A stretch of 61,465 nt of DNA, filler included, from Candidatus Desantisbacteria bacterium CG1_02_49_89 (lineage in GTDB: Bacteria > Desantisbacteria > UBA1551): assembly GCA_001871075.1 (NCBI GenBank). It is 5 parts of 5 records of this genome, joined end to end, with 100 filler letters (N's around TTAATTAATTAA, not from the genome) between each part and the next. Parts side by side here need not be neighbours in the genome. Positions count along the whole stretch, not along the records: positions 53,988 to 61,465 come from MNUP01000107.1; 4 more parts are not named here. One strand, given 5' to 3'. The notes beneath the pieces were generated by a model that searched no databases, had not been told where the DNA came from, and saw nothing but the letters and a program-made list of their open reading frames with translations. The position numbers and the translations under genes were made by a program. Below, one piece after another: positions 56,285 to 61,465 of this stretch. The stretch's first letter is position 1, and each line of letters opens with the position of its first letter.

Positions 56285-56812
56285 TTAAAGGGAGACTCCG
56301 AGATCGTGTGCCTTTTTAAGTTCCTTAGCGTTCTTCGCGACTTCTCCCTTTTCGTATGCCGTTGCAAGGATCTTTCCTGCCAGCTTCATTCCCAGGTAAT
56401 CGAAGGACTGCTCGAACATTTCAACAATGGCTTTGCAGGCTTTCGGGCCTTCTGCCGCAGGCACCACGATGACCGCTTTTTTGCCTTTTAGTTTTTTGCT
56501 TGCGATGAACGGGCGAAGCCTGTCAATGAGAAGCTTCATCTGCCCCGTGGGCGCGTACCAGTATAAGGGCGTGCCGAAAATTATCAGGTCCGCCTTTTGG
56601 ATCCTGGGATAAATTTCCTTCATTCCGTCATTCTTCCTGCAGGAATGGTTTCCTTTCTGACAAGCGCGGCAATCCATACAGGGCGAAATCTTATGATCAT
56701 AAACATAGATCTTTTCTGTTTTGTGCCTTCGGCATGCGCACAGGATCGTATCAATAAGTATATCGGTATTGCCCTTTTTCCTCGGGCTTCCGACCAGCGC
56801 CAGTATTTTCAT
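56285..56812 (-). CDS. Flavodoxin-like iron-sulfur flavoprotein / NADPH-dependent FMN reductase
   Basis: GSPRKKGNT, CMDCRAC......C, GTPLYW, K..IDR. Confidence 0.9.
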   Translation of the reverse strand: MKILALVGSPRKKGNTDILIDTILCACRRHKTEKIYVYDHKISPCMDCRACQKGNHSCRKNDGMKEIYPRIQKADLIIFGTPLYWYAPTGQMKLLIDRLRPFIASKKLKGKKAVIVVPAAEGPKACKAIVEMFEQSFDYLGMKLAGKILATAYEKGEVAKNAKELKKAHDLGVSL

Positions 56813-57003
56813 GTGGTTCACCCTCAAATAATAAATTTACCACGGAGGCACGGAGACACAGAGAAGTATAACTCAAAGGTCAAAGGTCAAATCGCAAAAG
56901 TCAAATGTGAAATTCCTTAATCCAGGATCTAGGATCCAGGATCTAGGATCTAAATTGTGCTGACCACTCGCCACTGACAACTATTTTCACAGTTCGGTCA
57001 TTG

Positions 57004-58194
57004 CTAGTTCGCCATAAACTTCAGGATCCGCACGGCAGTGCCAATGCTCTTTGTGTTCTTGTTTGCACTCACCCTCAGGACAAGCGTATGCCTTCCCTCA
57101 GGAAGATTACTGTCGAATATAAGATAACAAGGCCGGTGGAACTGATCGCAATACACGTCAAACTGGTCCTTGGTCCTGAACGGGTTCCCGTCTATGGAAT
57201 ATTCTATTTTACCCGCGTCAAAACCAACGATCGTGTATATTCCCACGGCTGTGCCCCGGAAATCAAGTGACAGCTCGCTGCCTGGCTCTGTGGCTTCCAG
57301 CACATCCACAGGCGGGGCAAAATTACATGTTTTTCCGGGACGCCAGTTATCCAGAGAAGCAAAACCGCTTTTAACTTTGGCGGAGTTGATATCTATATAC
57401 CGCCCGTTCTCATAGCACGAAGACTTAAGTTTTTCCGGCAATCTGGTATCCGGTGCCGGGACCGCAAGCTTCGGGTCGCTCCAGGCCTGTTTCAGGAAAT
57501 CAATAATGCAGCCAGAGTATATCTTGCAGCCCATGGATGTAGGATGCACCGAGTCGGTGCTGAATTCCTCCCAGGTCAATGCATCAGCTTTGATGTGCTC
57601 TGCCACTTCACGGTAGAGAAAAAGGACAGGGATGCCGTAATACTCGGCGACTTTATCGTGTTGCCGGATCCATGAAGGTACCCGCCCGGCATTGAAATCC
57701 TGCATATACCCGGTGCACGCAAAATACATAATAACGATATCGATATCCGGGTTCAGGCGTTTTGCCTGGCGTATAATTCCCTCGGTGGCTTTAACGTCGC
57801 CGCCGTTCACGGCGAACTCCAGGAAAAAGAGGTCCACTTTCCCGCTACCAAAAACATCGGAAGGCAGGCGGAAAGCACCCAGGTTCGCGTCTGTGCCCCC
57901 GATACCCGCCATGATAAAATCAAACCTGGTCCCGGGAAATTTTTTCTTAAGAAAATCCATTACCGCGTTGCGCCATTCCCTGGTGGTCACAGAACCGCCC
58001 ATGAACGCCACGCGCGCTTCCCCGCCTTTGCGGAACACTTCATAACTGCGCATCAGGCTGTCGCGCATGGTAAAATTGACGAATTTTTCTGTCATGGGCT
58101 CATTCCCTTCTCCGGCAACCGCGTAGAAACCGAAGGCAGCAGCCAGAATTGCAGCCGCTGCCACTATCGCAGATATTCTGGCACTTATTTTCAT
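57004..58194 (-). CDS. SGNH/GDSL-family hydrolase, exported
   Basis: FMGGSVT, AGIGGT, EFAVN, DSVHP. Confidence 0.85.
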   Translation of the reverse strand: MKISARISAIVAAAAILAAAFGFYAVAGEGNEPMTEKFVNFTMRDSLMRSYEVFRKGGEARVAFMGGSVTTREWRNAVMDFLKKKFPGTRFDFIMAGIGGTDANLGAFRLPSDVFGSGKVDLFFLEFAVNGGDVKATEGIIRQAKRLNPDIDIVIMYFACTGYMQDFNAGRVPSWIRQHDKVAEYYGIPVLFLYREVAEHIKADALTWEEFSTDSVHPTSMGCKIYSGCIIDFLKQAWSDPKLAVPAPDTRLPEKLKSSCYENGRYIDINSAKVKSGFASLDNWRPGKTCNFAPPVDVLEATEPGSELSLDFRGTAVGIYTIVGFDAGKIEYSIDGNPFRTKDQFDVYCDQFHRPCYLIFDSNLPEGRHTLVLRVSANKNTKSIGTAVRILKFMAN

Positions 58195-58370
58195 TTAAAT
58201 CTCCAAGCAAATATTAACCACACGATTGCACAAGATTAGCCCCTGCAGCCCGCCAATAATCGTGGCGGGCTACGGCACGGATTTTAAACTTTGTAAACTT
58301 CATAAACTCTGTAAACTATGTCGAAGATCCCTCTGGGACTTTCGTAAGAAAGTAGAGGGATAAACTGTGT

Positions 58371-60188
58371 TTATCCGCTTTCGCTTTGGAACCTGTATCT
58401 AAACCGCCCTGCCGGAGCAACGTCCCCCGAAACATAGAAATCCATTATGTCACCGGGCTTTTGTATGTTATCCGCCCACTTGAAATCAAAAATTAAAGGG
58501 TCTGTGGCCAACCCTAATATTTTCCTCGGAACGGCAAGATGCATCTTGTTCCCCTGAAATTTGAAATTGACGGTTCCTGCCTTTTTCCAGTTCCAGCCCT
58601 TTTCGGATTTTTCCAGGACTGCGTTATTACCGTCCAGAGGCAACCTATTAATTATAAAATCATAACCTTCCCACCCCTTGCCCTGAACCTGTCGAAGACC
58701 TCGCCCTGAAGTTTGGGCGGGTCGAAGATCTCGCCCATCATTCTGGGTGGAAGCCTGCGAATGGTTTTTCAACTTTGAGCTTTCAGCTTTCAGCTTTGAG
58801 CTTATCAGCAGCCACATCCAGTTATTGCCCGGAGGTGAAATATCGTTTTTGGTTTCAGCGTAAAAATAAATGTTTTCTTTGTCAAAGGAAACTTTAGCGC
58901 GAAGTATGTTATTCCTCAGCGTGTCGTTCTTATACCGCAGGTTCCCGTACCCGGAATGGTCCCTGCGGACATTTCCCATATCGTGGTTTAAAAACTCCGG
59001 CTGGACCGCGTCCCACTGGTCGAAGACCCCCTTGATATCAATTGTCTTCGGCTTCTCAGGAACAGGCAGATCTTGGACGCCCTTGAATTTCCGCACGCCC
59101 GAAACCATCTGGTAATAATAATTATCCGCGTGCCCGCCCTTCATCGGTTCTGTGTCCCTGCTGTATTCCTGGGAGAACTGGTCCATGAACTGCACGGGCC
59201 TGTCAGGTATTACTTCCTCCTTCCCCCTGCCTGCCGTCCACTCGTTCCACCCGGTCACAAACAGGAATTCGGGGTCAAGCTCTAAAGCGCGGCTCCACTG
59301 TTCCTCAGCGTTCATCCCGTAATTTATTATTTCCGGGTAAGGAGGCAATAAGGGCGCGTGCTCTTTACCGTGGTGGAACGACCTACCCCTGCAATCGCCC
59401 CTGCTCATGGACGAGGCGTTTGTAGGCACTTTTATTGTAAGGTTCTGCGCAACTGAAACAACCACCTGCTCCGCAACCTTCTCGTTATCCTCGTAGGAAT
59501 AGGGCTGCGGGTACGCGGCTTCCCAGTGCCAGGCATTGTGCGTATTCTGCATAACAAATGGCCAGTATGCTTTTCTTAGAGTGAAGAAATCCCTGAGTTC
59601 CTGTGTTACTTCTTCAGGCGGGGCAAGCAGGAGCGGCTTGCCTTTCCATTGGAACCACAGGTCTTTGTATAACCCCGGCTTGTAAAGGTTGTTGTATATT
59701 TCAAGCGCTGTTTCCCCCGCCTTTGTGTTTGTCATGAAAGCGATCTGCGGCGTGCATTCGCCTGCCTTTCGAACATCCTCAAAAACTTCGCACAGCTTCA
59801 TATAAGCTTCCGGATAAGTAACGGCGTTCGTGGTGTCGAAGATCAGGGTGTCTATACCCGCGTCAGCCAGAAGATGACAGTGCTTCCTGAGCACCCAGGG
59901 GTCATCAACCAGGTAATAGCCAAAAAGCGGTTCTCCCCAGTGATGGGATGACCAGGGGGGTCCCCAGATGGATTCATCCCCGAGGGGATTTTCCCTGTGC
60001 TCAAGCAGGATCTTTGTTACGTCATACGGGCCGTTCGCGCCTGCTTCTTTCAAATGCGTGAGAAAATAAAATATGCCCGTGAATTTTTCCTTCCTGAGAA
60101 CGCGGGCTTCGTTCTGCACAGGCACTGCGCGGCCAAGCCCGTCAACAGCCGGCCAGGCAACTCCGGGAACCGCTGAAAACTGCTTCAT
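58371..60188 (-). CDS. Putative glycoside hydrolase (GH99/GH71-like) with repeat-derived insertion
   Basis: WGEP.FGYY, AGID..IFD.TN, GWNEW, EYSRD.EP. Confidence 0.65.
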   Translation of the reverse strand: MKQFSAVPGVAWPAVDGLGRAVPVQNEARVLRKEKFTGIFYFLTHLKEAGANGPYDVTKILLEHRENPLGDESIWGPPWSSHHWGEPLFGYYLVDDPWVLRKHCHLLADAGIDTLIFDTTNAVTYPEAYMKLCEVFEDVRKAGECTPQIAFMTNTKAGETALEIYNNLYKPGLYKDLWFQWKGKPLLLAPPEEVTQELRDFFTLRKAYWPFVMQNTHNAWHWEAAYPQPYSYEDNEKVAEQVVVSVAQNLTIKVPTNASSMSRGDCRGRSFHHGKEHAPLLPPYPEIINYGMNAEEQWSRALELDPEFLFVTGWNEWTAGRGKEEVIPDRPVQFMDQFSQEYSRDTEPMKGGHADNYYYQMVSGVRKFKGVQDLPVPEKPKTIDIKGVFDQWDAVQPEFLNHDMGNVRRDHSGYGNLRYKNDTLRNNILRAKVSFDKENIYFYAETKNDISPPGNNWMWLLISSKLKAESSKLKNHSQASTQNDGRDLRPAQTSGRGLRQVQGKGWEGYDFIINRLPLDGNNAVLEKSEKGWNWKKAGTVNFKFQGNKMHLAVPRKILGLATDPLIFDFKWADNIQKPGDIMDFYVSGDVAPAGRFRYRFQSESG

Positions 60189-60583
60189 ACAAACCTCCAT
60201 GAAATCGCATATGGCTTATGGCGTATAGCATACGCAATCAATACTTCTCTTCCTTGAACCTCGGAACCACGGTCGCCCCTGCGGCGACCCGCCGAAGGGG
60301 CGGGAACTTCGGAACTGTTTTTTTGCTGACTGCTGGACACTGACTATTGGCCACTGAATTAAACAGAACCGCCCCTGCCTATAAAGAACCTTTTGCTTTT
60401 AAGAACGTTTCTTCCTTTGAACCTTTTAATTAAATGAACCCGTCCCTGCCTACAAGGCAGACCCCCGTATAGGTCTGCGAACAGACCTGGGGGTCCAAGT
60501 TCTTTTTTTTATCCCCAGAAGCACAGAGTAAATTATCCAGAATTCGCCTTGTTTTTCAATATCTTTATAAATAGTGCCTGTCC

Positions 60584-61033
60584 CTATTTGCTCGGTTCCA
60601 GCAATTCAAATCCTGTCCCGGCATCTTTTTTCCGCAATGCTTTTGTTTCAAGTATTTCAAATATTATTACTTCTCCTATATGCCAAACCTTTACTCCGCG
60701 CCGGATGCACCCGGTGCACGTTTTATCTTTTCTGCCGCAGGCAGCGTGCAGGTGGAGGATCGGTTTGCCGCTTTCGTCCGGAAAAATTGTACCGGTGCCC
60801 GTAATTTCATAAACATCGTCCAATATAAGCTCCATGGGCTCGATCACGGCGCTCCTTCCCGTTCTTGGGCCCACGACCAGCCTGCTGTCCTTATCTGCTC
60901 CTCCGAGAATCATAACCCCCGCGGCCCTGATATTTTCTTTTATTGCCAGCTCTTCAATACACTTGTGTATAATTTCGCCGTCTTCCAGCCTTACAATAAA
61001 TATTCTTCCTGTCTTTCCCTGCGAATACTTCAC
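60584..61033 (-). CDS. PPC/DUF296-domain protein
   Basis: RLEDGE, E..GTGTI, LHLH. Confidence 0.85.
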   Translation of the reverse strand: MKYSQGKTGRIFIVRLEDGEIIHKCIEELAIKENIRAAGVMILGGADKDSRLVVGPRTGRSAVIEPMELILDDVYEITGTGTIFPDESGKPILHLHAACGRKDKTCTGCIRRGVKVWHIGEVIIFEILETKALRKKDAGTGFELLEPSK

Positions 61034-61225
61034 TTTAACTCGCTCCTTTCGTAAACCCCCGCGTTTACGTTAGCCCCCGCGTCTAGCCCCGACCGCAGAG
61101 TCATTAGCTTTGTTCTGACTCGCAGGTCCCTGTGTTAAGCCCCGGTTTATCGGGGCTACAGGGATCGGGGCTGTAGGGACAGCTAAAAATTGGGTATTAT
61201 CCCAATTTTTATGATATGTCACATG

Positions 61226-61435
61226 TCAAGACCAGGCACCTTTTTTATCCACTGAGGACGACAGGCTGGAAGCTGAAAGCTGCTTTGAACCAGGCACGTT
61301 GACCGGCAGGGCCAGGATAATATCGTCTATCGCTGCAGGGCAGTATATTTCCCGGATCTCTTCAAGTGTCTGGGCGCGCGCCGCGCAGGCGCCCAGTATC
61401 GCCAACGCAAAAACCAGCATAATTTTCTTGCGCAT
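61226..61435 (-). CDS. Short signal-peptide ORF, probably a truncated exported protein
   Basis: MRKK plus hydrophobic core plus ARA cleavage motif and AAGGA SD; ends shortly after a heptamer tract. Confidence 0.4.
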   Translation of the reverse strand: MRKKIMLVFALAILGACAARAQTLEEIREIYCPAAIDDIILALPVNVPGSKQLSASSLSSSVDKKGAWS

Positions 61436-61465
61436 ATTTCGTTTCCTTATAAAATCTCCCCTGGC

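Noticed and set aside
1-61465. tRNA or rRNA genes
   Set aside because: No cloverleaf with a T-loop consensus and no rRNA-like stretch was recognised by eye.

Overview
This is bacterial draft-genome or MAG sequence from a diderm organism (LptD, OmpA, secretin); taxonomy cannot be fixed from the window. It consists of five contigs joined by artificial 100-nt N-spacers containing TTAATTAATTAA (19666-19765, 27701-27800, 33594-33693, 53888-53987), so adjacency across those joins carries no information. Contig 1: dcw cluster murE-murF-mraY-murD-ftsW-murC-murB-ddl-ftsQ-ftsA-ftsZ-proC (murG absent), an OmpA/TolA-like gene, and a DUF362 gene whose stop codon is split by the 5' end of a group II intron. 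Contig 2: glycosyltransferase and rmlD cluster. Contig 3: an ISL3 end truncating an RHS-type gene, an oxidoreductase, rmlA, lptD and a pilB/gspE fragment. Contig 4: a secretin fragment; an AT-rich island (unannotated 51-aa zinc-finger ORF, MTase-nuclease fusion, UDG-family glycosylase); tsaC-rpiB-rplU-rpmA-obgE-proB-xseAB-dxs; a dehydratase activase; nadK-recN; hicAB. Contig 5: hydrolases and carbohydrate-active genes. The most striking unexplained signal is a pervasive set of tiny repeats. Degenerate 6-10-nt tandem arrays, often paired as inverted arms, occupy most spacers of the housekeeping operons. Hairpin elements of 29-54 nt that share a CCRCCC 5' end sit inside those arrays, several with reproducible boundaries. 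Both kinds also lie in frame within conserved genes (ddl, murF, recN, obgE, rmlD, glycosyltransferases). All protein calls rest on motif recognition, not database searches.
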